Part shown: positions 36,900 through 48,857 of the stretch, piece by piece
Position numbering within the stretch: the stretch's first letter is position 1
How the letters are laid out: each line of letters begins with the position of its first letter
Source: Felis catus
Taxonomy: Eukaryota
Reading direction: 5' to 3'
Assembly: GCF_018350175.1 (NCBI RefSeq)
Contig: NC_058368.1
Coordinates: 233,866,001-233,930,000 of the forward strand
DNA length: 64,000 nucleotides
Notes under the pieces: model-generated
Seen by the model: only the letters and a program-made list of their open reading frames with translations
What the model was told of the DNA's origin: nothing
The model's database searches: none
Program-made: the position numbers and the translations under genes

Positions 36900-37141
36900 A
36901 AATTTTCTTTTTAAGTACGTTGATTTATTTTGAGAGAGACAGAGAGAGCAAGTGGGGGAGAGACAGAGAGAGCAAGAGCGAGAGCGAGAGCGAGAGAGAG
37001 AGAGAGAGAGAGAATCCCAAGCAGGCTCTGTGCTGTCAGTGCAGAGCCCGACACAGGGCTACATCTCACAAACCGCGAGATCATGACCTGGGCCAAGCTC
37101 AAGAGCCAGACGCTGAAGTGACTGAGCCACCCAGGCGCCCC
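36900..37141 (-). mobile_element. Can-SINE with expanded (GAGAGC)n/(GA)n tract
   Basis: Full reverse-complement body ending actgagccacccaggcgcccc. Confidence 0.95.
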
Positions 37142-37681
37142 TATTTGATATTTTTTCCCAGGTGTCGGAATATCTTTTTATCCTGCAGTCTCTCTTTTGC
37201 GTTTCCGCCAGGTGACTCTGCGCGGTACATTGTCAAGGACTCTGGTCCTTTCCTCGGCTACACGATGAGCCCACGAGAGCATCCTGCATTTCTACTACCG
37301 AATTTTTCATTTCTAACATTTCTATCTGACTTTTTCCTACAGTTTCCATCTCTCTGCGGATACTGCTTTCATGTCCTACACCTTTTCCATCAGAGACGCC
37401 AACATCAACATGCTGCGAATTGTTATTGTAGGTTCCCCATCAGGCACGACATCTGTATCACAGCTGAGTTTAGTTTTGTTTATTGTTTTGTGTCTTGAGA
37501 ACGTGTTGCTCTCTCCTCTCTCCCTCTCTCCCTCTCCCTCTCCCCCTCCCTCTCTGTTTATACCTTGTAGATTTTGTTGGAAGATTCCCCCAGTAGAAAC
37601 GAGGAAATGGTTTTAGGCTCCGACACGGGCACGTCTTTCCCTTTGCTCCTTCTTTCTGGTGCAGTTTTGGGTTAATCTAGT

Positions 37682-37891
37682 CAAAAGGTCAGGAAACATT
37701 CTATGTAAAGGGCCAAGTGACAAGTATATTAAGACTCATGAGCCACAAGTTCTCTGCAACTCTGCCATTGTGGCTTGAACGCAGCCCCCAAGGATAAGGA
37801 AACAGGTGGGTGTGGCTACGTCCCCAAAAGTTTCCTTCACCAAGTGGGCAGTGGGCTGGACCTGGCTTGTGCGCCATGGCTCAGTGACCTG
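37682..37891 (+). mobile_element. MER58A-like hAT-Charlie DNA transposon
   Basis: tgtaaagggcca...caactctgccattgtggc...gggtgtggct...gggctggacctggc resembles the recalled MER58A consensus. Confidence 0.85.
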
Positions 37892-38127
37892 GGTCTGAGG
37901 TTGTTTGACCCTTGGTTTTCTTAGGAGTTGAGTGGGTTTGAGGTCGTTATGATCATTACCTTCAGGGAACCGCAGGCTTCAAATTCTTGTAGCAACACCT
38001 TGTGTTTTGGATGGGGGGCTGGTTTTCTAGAGGTTTCTCCTCATGTCTGACCCATATTCAGCTTTCACTCTTCCTTTTCTCTGGCAGAATCTCTTGTATC
38101 TTTCTCCGCAATATTTCATAAGTACTT

Positions 38128-38330
38128 TTTTTAATGTTTATTTTTGAGAGAGAGGGAGAGAGAGAGCAGGGGAGGGGCAGAGAGAGAGAGAGGGAGACAC
38201 AGAATCTGAAGCAGGCTCCGGGCTCCGAGCTGTCAGCACAGAGCCCGACGTGGGGCTGGAACTCTAAACGGCGAGATTATGACCTGAGCCAAAGTTGGAC
38301 ACTTAGCCGACTGAGCCACCCAGGCGCCCC
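38128..38330 (-). mobile_element. Can-SINE
   Basis: TSD tttcat(a/g)agtactt. Confidence 0.97.
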
Positions 38331-38459
38331 TTTCATGAGTACTTCTAACTGATGCTTGAGACCTGATGGGGGTGGATGGAGTTTCTGATGAGCTTTCTGG
38401 GGACTCCTCAGTTCTCCCCTAGCAGCTGGTAGGGGTGTGTGATTAAAAAAAACCCTCCT

Positions 38460-38684
38460 GGGGCGCCTGGGTGGCTCAGTCGGTTAAGCGGCCGACTTCG
38501 GCTCAGGTCATGATCTCGCGGTCCGTGAGTGCTGTGAGTTCGAGCCCCGTGTCGGGCTCTGTGCTGACAGCTCAGAGCCTGGAGCCTGTTTCGGATTCTG
38601 TGTCTCCCTCTCTCTGACCCTCCCCTGTTCATGCTCTGTCTCTCTCTATCTCAAAAATAAATAAATGTTAAAAAAAAAAAAACC
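38460..38684 (+). mobile_element. Can-SINE (SINEC_Fc-like)
   Basis: TSD aaaaaaccc(c)tcct. Small internal duplication gtgagtgctgtgagtt. Confidence 0.97.
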
Positions 38685-39104
38685 AAAAAAACCCCTCCTG
38701 CCTCAATCATCTGCTTCCCCCAGGGGTTGCCTGCACTTGGCCTTCACCAGTTTATGGAAAATTCTGGCAGAATTCTACTTACCAGGGTCCAGCTGCTTCT
38801 GCCCCATATCAACAAATAGCAGAGTCTCATCTCTTCCCCTAGGCACTGGTCTTTCTGCAAATTTGGGGTTATTTGCCTGCTCTGTGACCTTCGCTCTCTG
38901 GCGGATACAACTCGACGTGGAATTGTAAAAATATGAGTGACATTTTTTTCCAGCTTTTTACATCTCCAGGTAGGAATCAGAACTCTCACATTTTTAGTGT
39001 CATAGTTACAATTAGATCTTTTTTTCCGTCTAGAATTTGTTTTTGTCATGATTGTGTGAGATAGAGATCTAATTTTATTGTTTTTCTCCCCATGGCTACC
39101 TTTA

Positions 39105-39848
39105 AAAAAGCTATTTATTTAAATTCAAGTTAGTTAATATACTGTGTAGTATTGGTTTCAGGAATAGAACCCAGTGATTCATCTCTTACATCCAACACCC
39201 AGTGCTCACCCCAACAAGTGCCCTCCTTAATGCCCATCCCCCATCTAGCCCATCCCCCCACCCCCCTCCCCCCCACCAGCAACCCTCAGTTTGTTCTCTG
39301 TCTTTAAGAGTGCTTGATGCTTTTCCTTCCTCTCTGTTTTTATCTTATCTGTTATCTTATTTTTCCTTCCCTTCCCCTATGTTCATTTGTTGCGTATCTT
39401 AAATCCCATATATGAGTGAAATCATATATTTATCTTTTTCTGACTGACTTATATCATTTAGAACAATACCCTCCAGTCCCATCCACCTTGTTGCAAATGG
39501 CAAGATTTCATTCTTTTTGATCGGTGAGTAATATTCCATCGTCTAATACACCACATCTTCTTGATCCATTCATCAGTCGGTGGACGTTTGGATTCTTTCC
39601 AAAATTTGGTTATTGTTAATAGTGTTACTATAAACTGGGGTGCATGTGCCACTTTGAATCAGCATATTTGTATCCTCCGGATAAATGCCTAGTAGTGCAA
39701 TTGCTGGGTCATAAGGCAGTTCTATTTTTAATTTTTTTAAGGAAACTCCATCCTGTTTTCTGGAGTGGCCACACCAGTTTGCATTCCCAGCAGCAGTGCA
39801 AAACGGTTCCCCTTTCCCTAAATCCTCGCCAATGTCTGTTGTTGCCAG
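39105..39848 (-). mobile_element. Carnivore L1 3' fragment
   Basis: Antisense 3'UTR (caacacccagtgctcacc) and ORF2 C-terminus (PPTDEWIKKMW in ORF 39458-39652). Confidence 0.95.
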
Positions 39849-39849
39849 A

Positions 39850-40945
39850 GAATTTTTAAAAGAGGTTTATATAATAATTCAGAAATAGAAATAAAAATGG
39901 AATCAAAATGGAAATAATCCAGGAGAAGACAGGAAAAGATGAATAAGGGCACAAAGAAAAGATGAACTGAGTAGAAAACTACTAACAACATGGTGTGTTT
40001 TAATCCAAAATACCAATCCTTACATTCATGTGCATGGTCTAAACACACGAAGTGAAAATACTGTGAGATTGGGTAAAAATCAGACCCATCTATGTGCTGT
40101 GCAAGAAACTAACTGTAAATATAAAGATAGAGAAAAAGTAGCCGTATGGGAAAAGATGTGCCATACAAACAAAAAGCTGGAGTAGCTATATTTATTTAAT
40201 ACAAAGTAAATTTCCAAACAAGGACTATCATTGGGGTTAAAGAGGACATTACACTATGGTAAAGGGATTGATTCCCTAAGAAGAGGATGACAATAATAAA
40301 TGTGTATGCACCTAACAAAAGGATTTCAAAATATATGAAACAAAACTGATAGAACTGGAGAAATAGATCTGTAATTAGAGCTGAGGTCGTTAATACTCCC
40401 CTCTCTGTACTGAAGAGAAAAAAACCGGCACTAAATCAGTGAAGATACAGGAGACCCAAACGAACGACTTCGCTAAATTGATGTTTCTTCACACAACAGC
40501 TGAAGAAATTTTATGTTTTTAAGTGCACATGGATCATTTATCAAGATAACTGCACTCTGGGCCATAAGTAAGTTTTAACAAATTTAAAAGAACAAAAGCA
40601 CATGAAGTGTTTTCTTAAGTAAAAAAAAAAAAAAAAAGAAAAAAAAAAGAAAAAAGAAAAAAGAAAAGAAATTAATAACAGAAAGCTATCTGGAGAATCT
40701 GTAAATATTTGGAAATTAAATAGCACACCTCATAAACCATGAATCAAAGAGGAAATGCAGAGTAAAAATATTTCAAACGTAACAAAAATTATGAACACAT
40801 CATATCTCAAAATTTGTAGGATGCAGCTAAAGCAGGGCTTACAGGGAGATTGATAGTAAAAACTACTCATATTAGAAAGGAAGGAAGGTCCCAAATCTTA
40901 AGCTTCCACCTTAAGAAACCAGGAAAAAAAGAGAAAATCAAATAC
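39850..40945 (+). mobile_element. Old L1 inter-ORF and ORF2 endonuclease region
   Basis: gacccatctatgtgctgtgcaagaaac (DPxxCCxQET), aatgtgtatgcacctaac (NVYAPN), gatgcagctaaagcag (DAAKA). Confidence 0.9.
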
Positions 40946-41534
40946 TTCACACCAGTTAGTAATTTGGTTTCTGACCAAATTGGTGAGCATTTCTGAAACA
41001 AACAAATCAAATCAAATCAAAGGAAGCTCTCTAAAAACAAAACTGACCATTGCTCTTCAAGAGTATCAAACTCATATTGTTGGATCAATGTTGTACGCCT
41101 AAAACTAATATAATATTTATTGTATGTTAATTATACTTCAAAAAAAGTATCCAGTTGATGAAAGACAAGATTATAGAAGACTTGTGTATATCATCGCCAG
41201 TATTATCATAGATACAAATGCAGGCCTATATATATATATATGTTCATATATAATATATATTACTCATAGACTATATGATAAAAATATGCGGAAATGATAT
41301 ATGTCAACCTCTAGAGAGATACATGTCGTTTGGAAGCACAGGATTATTAACGGATCTTTATCAATTTATTTCTTCTAGGAAAACTCATAGGGCTCTACCA
41401 GTAACGTTGTAAACTTTAAGACCTTGCAAACTTTAAGACCCATGAAACCTGAGTGCTTGGGTGTGTAGGCGCCTTTTATGTTTCATACTTGAAACAGTTC
41501 ACAATTTAAAAAGAAAAGCCAAAGATCCCCCGCA

Positions 41535-41620
41535 ACAGCGTGGTGGCGAGCTTGCTAGAAGATCCGCTGGAGGGGGCGTGGCCATCCGGCCGGTGACTTC
41601 CGGAACCAGGCCGTGGGGAG
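41535..41620 (+). promoter_or_regulatory. Candidate promoter motif cluster
   Basis: SP/KLF gggggcgtggcc at about 41572-41583, ETS gacttccggaa at about 41595-41605, local CpG enrichment. Confidence 0.45.
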
Positions 41621-41844
41621 CTCTGCTTTCATTTTGGTGTGCTGCGGCATTTTTGAGGGTGTTCCAACTCTGGTTTTCAAAATTAGGTTTGCTTTTTTTT
41701 TTTTTTTTTAAGTCTCTGTTTTGTGCAAGTGAACACCAGCATATGCATGGGAAGGAAATGTCTGGTCCCAGCCAAATAGAGAGAGAGAACTCAAATCTGA
41801 GAGTTAAAAAAGATTGTTCCTAATTAAATTATCCTACTTTTTAG

Positions 41845-42033
41845 ATGGGGGCCAGGGCCAGTTCCCTCGTGGAAGCCAACAATGAAGAGACCGTGGCTTC
41901 TGTCTCCCGGTGTTGGTCTTCTTGCTACGCTGGACCCGTGTGTATTTGGATGGTCAATTACGGAGGGGACATGGCCAGATACCATCCTTCCCAGTGATAC
42001 ATTAGCGTGTCCTGAAGCTTAGAACACATGCAG
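41845..42033 (+). other. Candidate exon, probably non-coding
   Basis: Acceptor tcctactttttag| and strong donor CAG|gtaaga. The ATG-initiated frame stops inside the exon. Confidence 0.3.
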
Positions 42034-42679
42034 GTAAGACAACAAAATGACACCCCGGACATCTTTTGTCCTTTCCCTAAGAAGATTGCACTTAGACAAG
42101 AAAGCCACTTGTCAATATTTTAATACGAACTTATCCCTCTGATATCTGCATTTCCACTGAAATAGTCTAAACATTTTTTTGGTACCAGACTCCTACAGTC
42201 ATGTTAAAAATTCCAGCATTATAACTCAAATTGAACTACCAGCTGAGCTCTATTTATATAGAAATTCTATAATTAGAGGAAACAATGACACCCAGTCTCA
42301 GTAGCATGTGCAGCTGTAAAATAGAAGAAGCCAGGATGTGTTCATGGATATAAAGCTCATTCCCACAGAGTATCGCACTTCCGTGAGCTCTCTCCTAATT
42401 GCTCATCGGTGGACCTACCACGACCCGGCCAAAGTGTCCACTTTGCTCTCCTTTGCATCCTTGACACACCTCCTGTCACTTGATGTCTGCTCCCGTCCAG
42501 GAGAATGAGCAAAGTGACTTCCTCGAGGGGGTTTCGACATATGAAGAGCAGATTATGTCACAAATGCTCTTTGTCCAGCTCAGCGTAAACCAGGTCATAG
42601 CTCTTCTTCCGTATGACGAAGGACGAGGTTAGTCATTAAATTCCAAGGATGCCTCTCTGATACATGGTCTCCTGGCCAC

Positions 42680-43000
42680 TAACTGAGTGCTCTCCATAGG
42701 CCCAAGGTTCTGCCAGGTGCTGAGGATGCACGGGCGTGACACGCCCTGCCTGTGACAGCTCTCAGCTCACGAGAGATCACAGACAAGTCGGCCAGGGGGT
42801 GTCAGCCGCGGGGAGAGAAGAGTGGCCGTCGGAGCAGGAGGGAAGGTTTCCACCTCAGTCAGCGGGGCTGGGAAGGCCATCTGGAACAGGGCTCTGAGGT
42901 CGTGGAGGAAACAAGTGATGGCGAGGAAGGGGCACGAAAACGCTTCGGGCTAAGGAAGTGGCCAGAGCACGGAAGGATAAGGCAGAACGTGTGCCCACAG
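42680..43000 (-). mobile_element. L2 relic
   Basis: actgagtgctctccataggcccaaggttctgccaggtgctgaggatgca resembles the antisense L2 3' end. Confidence 0.55.
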
Positions 43001-43418
43001 CTCTTTAGGACCAGAATGGTGGATCTGGGCTGCAGAAGAGACCTGCATGAGGGCCCACAGACAGCGTCACATCCCGCAGGACGCAAGGGTCACGGCGTTA
43101 GAGAGCGTTGCAGTCCTAGTTGCGGCACGGGTACTGCCAGAGAGAGATTCGACTTTTATAGTCATCTGCCTTCTTCTCTTTGGGTTTGTCAGCCTCACGT
43201 TACAATGCCACACTCCTGTCCCTGAGATGCGTCATACATAAAGTGTAGGGAACAGCGGCAAAGTTCACCGATTCGTGGGCTCCAGGGCTGACACTCCCTT
43301 GGGGTCTTTCCAAGACTCCATGGCATTCACAGAGCCAAGCGGCCTTGCCTTGGTCCTCTCTTGTGGGCGTCACAACTTGAAAGGCTCACTGCTGTACTAG
43401 CATCACTTTCTCTTGCAG

Positions 43419-43534
43419 AGATTGTATTTGAAGAGAGAATGTTTAACTCCTTGAATACAGAGGGATCCTTTCCCAAGAGCTTTGGATACCTCTTCCTTCT
43501 GGGCAAAAATGGACAAGTTAAAAACAGGAAACCG
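43419..43534 (+). other. Candidate spliced exon (116 nt)
   Basis: Branch-like gctcac about 30 nt upstream, acceptor ctttctcttgcag|, donor CCG|gtaggc. Open frame (IVFEERMFNSLNTEGSFPKSFGYLFLLGKNGQVKNRKP) not recognised. Confidence 0.3.
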
Positions 43535-43685
43535 GTAGGCTTTATAGACAGATTCAAGAGCTTATCAGTTACAGAAAAAAAGGAACACCACAATGCCCTC
43601 TCATATCTGATTAGACAATGAAACATATCCACACATAAGCTTAGGGAGGAAACAGGGCATGGGGGATATTATGTGTTCAGGCAAA

Positions 43686-43790
43686 TCACGTGACCACTAA
43701 TGACATCCCCAGCACCTGTTCCAACCCCCTGCCGTTGCCCGTGGCCACGCCCACCCCTCTGAAGCTTGCTCCTGATTGAACAAAATCAGC
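43686..43790. promoter_or_regulatory. Transcription-factor motif cluster
   Basis: E-box tcacgtga at 43686-43693, X-box-like gttgcccgtggccac at 43734-43748 overlapping KLF ccacgccc, and ctgattg. Confidence 0.35.
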
Positions 43791-44006
43791 GGGCACAGTC
43801 CCATCCTCACGCAAAGAAAATAAATGGAAAGAAGTTCAGAACATTTTTGGATGAGTTAGAGGAAAGGGAACATGACGCTAGTTGACAATAGTGCTGGGAC
43901 TTAGGTCTGGGAGTTGGGATGAGGCCCCTTCCCGACGCCCTGCCATTAGTGTTATCACGATTCCCCTAAAGACTCTCCATGAACCTATGATGGGTCTTTA
44001 GGCGAT

Positions 44007-44360
44007 GCGATGGGCTGAATTGTGTCCCACCCCAAAGTCATATATTGGCATCCTAACCCTCAATATGACTGTATTTGGAGGCAGGGTCTTTAAAGAGATG
44101 ATTACGGTCACCTGAGGCCAGAAAGGTGGAGTCTCAATCCGGTAGGACTCGTGGCCTTACAAGAAGGGGAAGAGGCACCAGGGATGCTTCTGCGCAGAGA
44201 AAAGACATAGTGAGAAAGCGGCCATCTGCAAGCCAAGGAGAGAGGACTCTGGAGAAACTGACCCCTCTGGCAGCCTGAGCCTGCGCTTCCAGCCTGCAGA
44301 CGATGGGACATAAATTTCAGTCTGTGGTACGTTGTGCTAACAGCCCGAGCAGACCATTAT
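44007..44360 (+). mobile_element. MLT1A-type MaLR solo LTR
   Basis: atgggctgaattgtgtccc...atgactgtatttggag...gccatctgcaagccaaggagagagg...cttccagcct. Confidence 0.9.
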
Positions 44361-45130
44361 CTGTGCTACATTCCAAACACCAGAAGCTTAGGGTGAAAGG
44401 ATGTCATGTGGGATGATCCCTCCTCCTCCTTCCCCAGGCTGAGACTAAAAAGAGGGAGGGAAGACAGGGAAGGGGTGTTCTCCCGGGCTCGCCGCTTCTC
44501 TGGGAAACCCAGACTGGCACTGAGGCCATCTTTATGCCAGCATCTGCCTGCCTGCCCTCCTGTGGCATGGTGTGATTTGTTTCCAGAGCCGACAAGAGGC
44601 CCTGCGCTACACTTCCCTGATGTGGGACATTGACTGGCCTTCTAACGGTGACCCCTGGGTCTGGTTTCACTGGCCTCCTACAAATGGTCCTCTTGCTGGA
44701 GTACCGGAAAGACGGTCTAAGGCGGTCCGTTTCCCCCCAGGTCCACCTGACCCAAGGGAAACCCAAACATGCCTGTGTCAGCCAAGAGTCGGGGGTGCCG
44801 TCCGGTCCACCACCACTGAACTGCAGACCAAGAGGAGATGAAACATCAGCCTTCCGTTTCTCAACCCACTCCCAGTCTTTACAAAGTTCGCCTGCTGGTA
44901 CCCCTGTTGCCAGCCTTGAAGAGGCATGGCTCTGGGATAGGATCATAAACCCTAGTCTGCTCCACTAGCCCCATGAGTCTTGTTTGACTCAGGGAGTCTC
45001 ACTGTCTTCTCCCCATCACATCACCTCCTCCATGGGATAAGACAACAGTCCTCGGTGGTAGGGATGGCTCTATAGCTTCCTGGCAAGGCTTCCCAGAATT
45101 GTCTGGTTCCTTTCCACTGTGACCACTTAC

Positions 45131-45213
45131 ATTACGTCTTATATTTCTTGATGAAAAGAAATCAGTGAATTCAGCTGAAAACTTTAGTTTGGAGAAATAA
45201 TACCAAAGTCTAT
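45131..45213 (-). other. Candidate spliced exon (83 nt)
   Basis: Minus-strand donor AAT|gtaagt and a weak acceptor catatttcag|. One open frame (RLWYYFSKLKFSAEFTDFFSSRNIRRN) not recognised. Confidence 0.25.
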
Positions 45214-45556
45214 CTGAAATATGTTTTTCTATATGTGGGATATCCAAAGTGCATCTCCCATTGGAAAGTGAAAAAGGGAACAGGTTGAAAATATATACGC
45301 TTAATAAATGAGCTCATGGGAATTTTATGATGAATGCAATTGTTAGAGAAAGAATGAGAAGAAACAGGAGGACAAAAGGCCAAAATGACTCTTCTGGGTG
45401 ATCACCATGCAGAGGTGACGCCAGAGGTGCTGGTGGAAGGGCTCTGAATAGCAGTCAGAGGGGTGGGAATTGTGTGGTGTCGTAGAGAAGAAGGGTAAAG
45501 GTGGGGCTCCCTGGAGAAAAAGGAGAACACGTTTGGAGTCAGAAAGAAAGCCTGAC

Positions 45557-45739
45557 TCGTTAAAAAAAAAAAAATCACGATCTCGCGGTCCGTGGGTTCG
45601 AGCCCCGTGTCGGGCTCTGGGCTGATGGCTCGGAGCCTGGAGCCTGTTTCAGATTCTGTGTCTCCCTCTCTCTGACCCTTCCCCATTCATGCTCTGTCTC
45701 TCTCTGTCTCAAAAATAGATAAAACGTTAAAAAAAAAAA
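45557..45739 (+). mobile_element. 5'-truncated Can-SINE with an extra cgtt(A)13 tail at its 5' end
   Basis: TSD aagaaagc(c/t)tgac at 45544-45556 and 45740-45752. Body starts at 45575 without the A-box. Confidence 0.95.
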
Positions 45740-45769
45740 AAGAAAGCTTGACAAAGGCTAGATGAGGAG

Positions 45770-45915
45770 TTGGCGATGATGGTGGCGGTGGTGGTCATGA
45801 TGATGAGGTGATGGTGAGGGTTGTGATGGTGTTGGTGACGAGGATGAAGATACTGGTGGTGATGATGGCACCATCAGCATGAGGATGACGGTGAGGATGA
45901 AGATGTTGATAATAA
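45770..45915. repeat. Degenerate (GAT/GGT)n trinucleotide tract
   Basis: Directly visible, adjoining a MIR relic. Confidence 0.85.
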
Positions 45916-46050
45916 CAGAGCTAGCATTTCAAGAGCAGATGCTCTGAGTCGAGGTGTGAGTTCGACGTTTCTTGACCACTTAATCCTCACGAATATTCTC
46001 TAAGGTAAGTACTGTTTTCTCGTCTCATTATACAGATGAAAAGAGTGACA
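45915..46050 (-). mobile_element. MIR SINE
   Basis: ttaatcctcac...ctaaggtaagtactg...cattatacagatgaaaag is antisense MIR core. Confidence 0.7.
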
Positions 46051-46869
46051 TGAGCTCCACACCTGGGTTTTACAGGAACTACTTTGTGGAGAAGTTTTGT
46101 CTTCTCTCATGTCAGTAATCTTCAGCGGTAACTTGCGATCGTCCTCTCGGTGTGTCTATAAATGGCCCCTGGAGCCAATCAAGACTTTGAAGCCATGATC
46201 TGAAGAAAGAGAAAAGTAATCCGTTATCCCCAAAGTACTAAAGAACACAGGCTCCTAGATGTGATATATTTTGGAAGCTGAGAATACCTCCAATAGTACC
46301 ATTGAAAACGCCTTTGCTTCCAGAAAGGTAACTACATTTGCCTTACCGCCTCACGCATTCTTTGTTTTTACAGCTGTGGAAGAAATGATAGCACCAACCT
46401 GGGTTTGTCATGTGCTCAGCCTGGGAGTGTGGGTAACTTGAAGTCACACAGCTGGTCTCTGGTGGGGCAGGATTTGAACACAAGGACTCTGGGGCCAGAG
46501 TGGATAAGAGCTTCATGGTACAGCTACGTCTCATGACAGCCAATTTCGGTATCCCATCAGAAATCATCACGGGGATGGAGAGGCTTGAAACAGGCTTTAG
46601 TGGACCCCAGTGAGCGTCTTAGCTTCTTCTCATTTGAATTCACATTGGTGGTTTTCTTGGAAGAAATGCTCATGTGCAAAAACACATGGAAATGAGTGAG
46701 GTTTCTAACCTTTTGGGGAAGGAAGGTGTGGAAGGCGTTCCTGAGATGTCACTGCAGCCAAACAGACGAAAGCATAGATTAGAGACGATGGTGCGAAGAA
46801 AAGATCAAAACATAAGCGTATTTGATAGCAGAAGTTAAATGAGCTTGGAATTATAAGAATGGCAAGCTT

Positions 46870-47165
46870 CTTAAGAAACAACTTTACCGAGTTCTAATTT
46901 CCATACAAAAACTGCACCTATTTAAAATACACAATTTGATGAGTTTGGGCAAATGCATACCCTGTGATATCATCACCACAACCAAGGTAATAAACATGTA
47001 TCGCCTCCAAAAGTTTCCTTGTGTCCCTTTGTGGTGTGTGTGTGTGTGTGTGTGTGTGTGTTAAGGACAGTTCACATGGGAACTATCCTGTTAAAAATTT
47101 TTAAGGGCACCACAGAAGCATTGCTAACTATAGGCATTGTATTGTTCAGTGAATATCTAGAATTT
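46870..47165 (-). mobile_element. Old L1M 3' end with internal (TG)n
   Basis: aactgcacctatttaaaatacacaatttgatgagtttgggcaaatgcataccctgtga is a typical antisense L1M terminus. Confidence 0.85.
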
Positions 47166-48659
47166 TAAGCAAGTTAATGAACTTGAATTATGGGCTAGGA
47201 GAGTGGTTCTGTGTATATTCAGTGTCATTGCTGTGGGTAATTGAATTGTGTCGATGCTGGCACACGTTTGGCAGACATCTGTCCCTTAGAACAAGTCATT
47301 AGGTAACTTCCCTATTGTTTCCGCCAAAGGAAAAAAGTTAATAAATGTGTGCTGTTTGGGGCTACTAAGCGTGTGCTTGTACAGCGATAGAAGACCAGTG
47401 CATTGGTGAACTGGACAATGGTTTATCTACTACACCTCATTTTAGTCTCTGCTGTTAAATAACTCTTTAGGATTTGGGTCTTGGTATGTCTCCATTAGCC
47501 CTGGAGCGAATTTAAGAAAAATCGGTGTTTCCAAAGTCATCAGCTTGCATATATGGCAAGGGTCTTGGTCTCCTCCGTCATGTGCCCAGAGACCGCTTTC
47601 AAAGGCTCACTCGCCCGTACGACAGATTTACTTCCCATGGGCCCCCTATCCCGTGGACAGGCCCCAAATGGAAACTCGGGTGGCGAACTCTTCATTCAGG
47701 CTGGCTAATGAGTGGAGTTGGATTATAAATTCTTTGAAGCCAATCAAATTCTAAGTCTTAGGATAGAATAATCCACTCCATCTGATGGCAGACACGATGA
47801 CTCATTCGTCTTATGCCTTGTGTCGCACGGTGCCTAGACCGGAATAAGAGCCAAACAAAGCCTTTTGAATGAATCCGTTTAATGAGCTGTGGACAAGGGA
47901 AGCCTTCTGGGAACTCAGCGTGCCTGCTGCTCTCATAATCTAACATTTATTTTCATACTTCCCACAATTACGTGTCTTCCTCAGATAATACGTGAAGCCT
48001 TTCTTGACATTTCCCCTGTCTGCTAACATTATAAAAGTTCCTGCTTATCTTATTAAATTCAGTATACAGTGTTTTAATGACTAGCTTATAAGCCATGACT
48101 ATGAATCTTGGAGGGAGTATTCTAGATCTTTCTCATCTTTGTTTTTCCAACAAATATCAGAATTTCCATCCTAGAGCAGTGCTCAAGAAATATTTTAATA
48201 TGGTATTAAGCCTCTCTTGATGGTGCTGCATGGATCTGTATTATGACTACACAAAAATCGTCATTAAATAAGCCAAACGGTTTCTGAAAATTTTTATATC
48301 CAAGTGTATCTGTTAAAAACTGGAGCCACCAAGTGACAATGAAAGCAGGAAACCTGGCCGGTTCACCCGCAGCTGGGAGAGCCTTCTGGGACAATGATAC
48401 CATCTAGAAGGATTCTCTAAAAATCCCACCTACAGATCTGATATTGGTATGGAGGGAGGAGCTCACTCATGAAGGTCGAACCCTAATGTGGCTTCTGCAA
48501 CTAACTAGCTGTACGTCCTTGTGAGAGTCACCACTTAATGCTTCAGAACATCAGTTTTCTCAAGTGTAAACCGAAAAGGTGGGAGTCAATATCGCTGGGA
48601 TCCCTTGATTCTTAAGATTCTAGGACTCTGATATTTAATACTTCTTATTAAGAGTTTTA

Positions 48660-48857
48660 TTTTATTTATTTATTTGTTTATTAAATATATGAAATTTATT
48701 GTCAAATTGGTTTCCATACAACACCCAGTGCTCATCCCAACAGGTGCCCTCCTCAATACCCATCATCCACCCTCCCCTCCCTCCCACCCCCCATCAGCCC
48801 TCAGTTTGTTCTCAGTTTTTAAGAGTCTCTTATGCTTTGGCTCTCTCCCACTCTAAC
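48660..48857 (-). mobile_element. Young 5'-truncated felid L1 (about 200 bp)
   Basis: aaatttattgtcaaattggtttccatacaacacccagtgctcatcccaacagg 3' end. Perfect 19-bp TSD cttcttattaagagtttta at 48641-48659 and 48858-48876. Confidence 0.96.

Larger units (their letters stand above)
35690..37600 (-). mobile_element. Old L1 ORF1/inter-ORF relic interrupted by three SINEs
   Basis: Minus ORF 36688-36882 SICVVGIPKEE resembles L1 ORF1 NIxxIGIPEGE. Confidence 0.7.

Noticed and set aside
46347..46373. 27-nt minus-strand microexon (CKNKECVRR)
   Set aside because: The splice-like signals overlap MIR-like sequence, and joining it to the next candidate exon gives an immediate stop.
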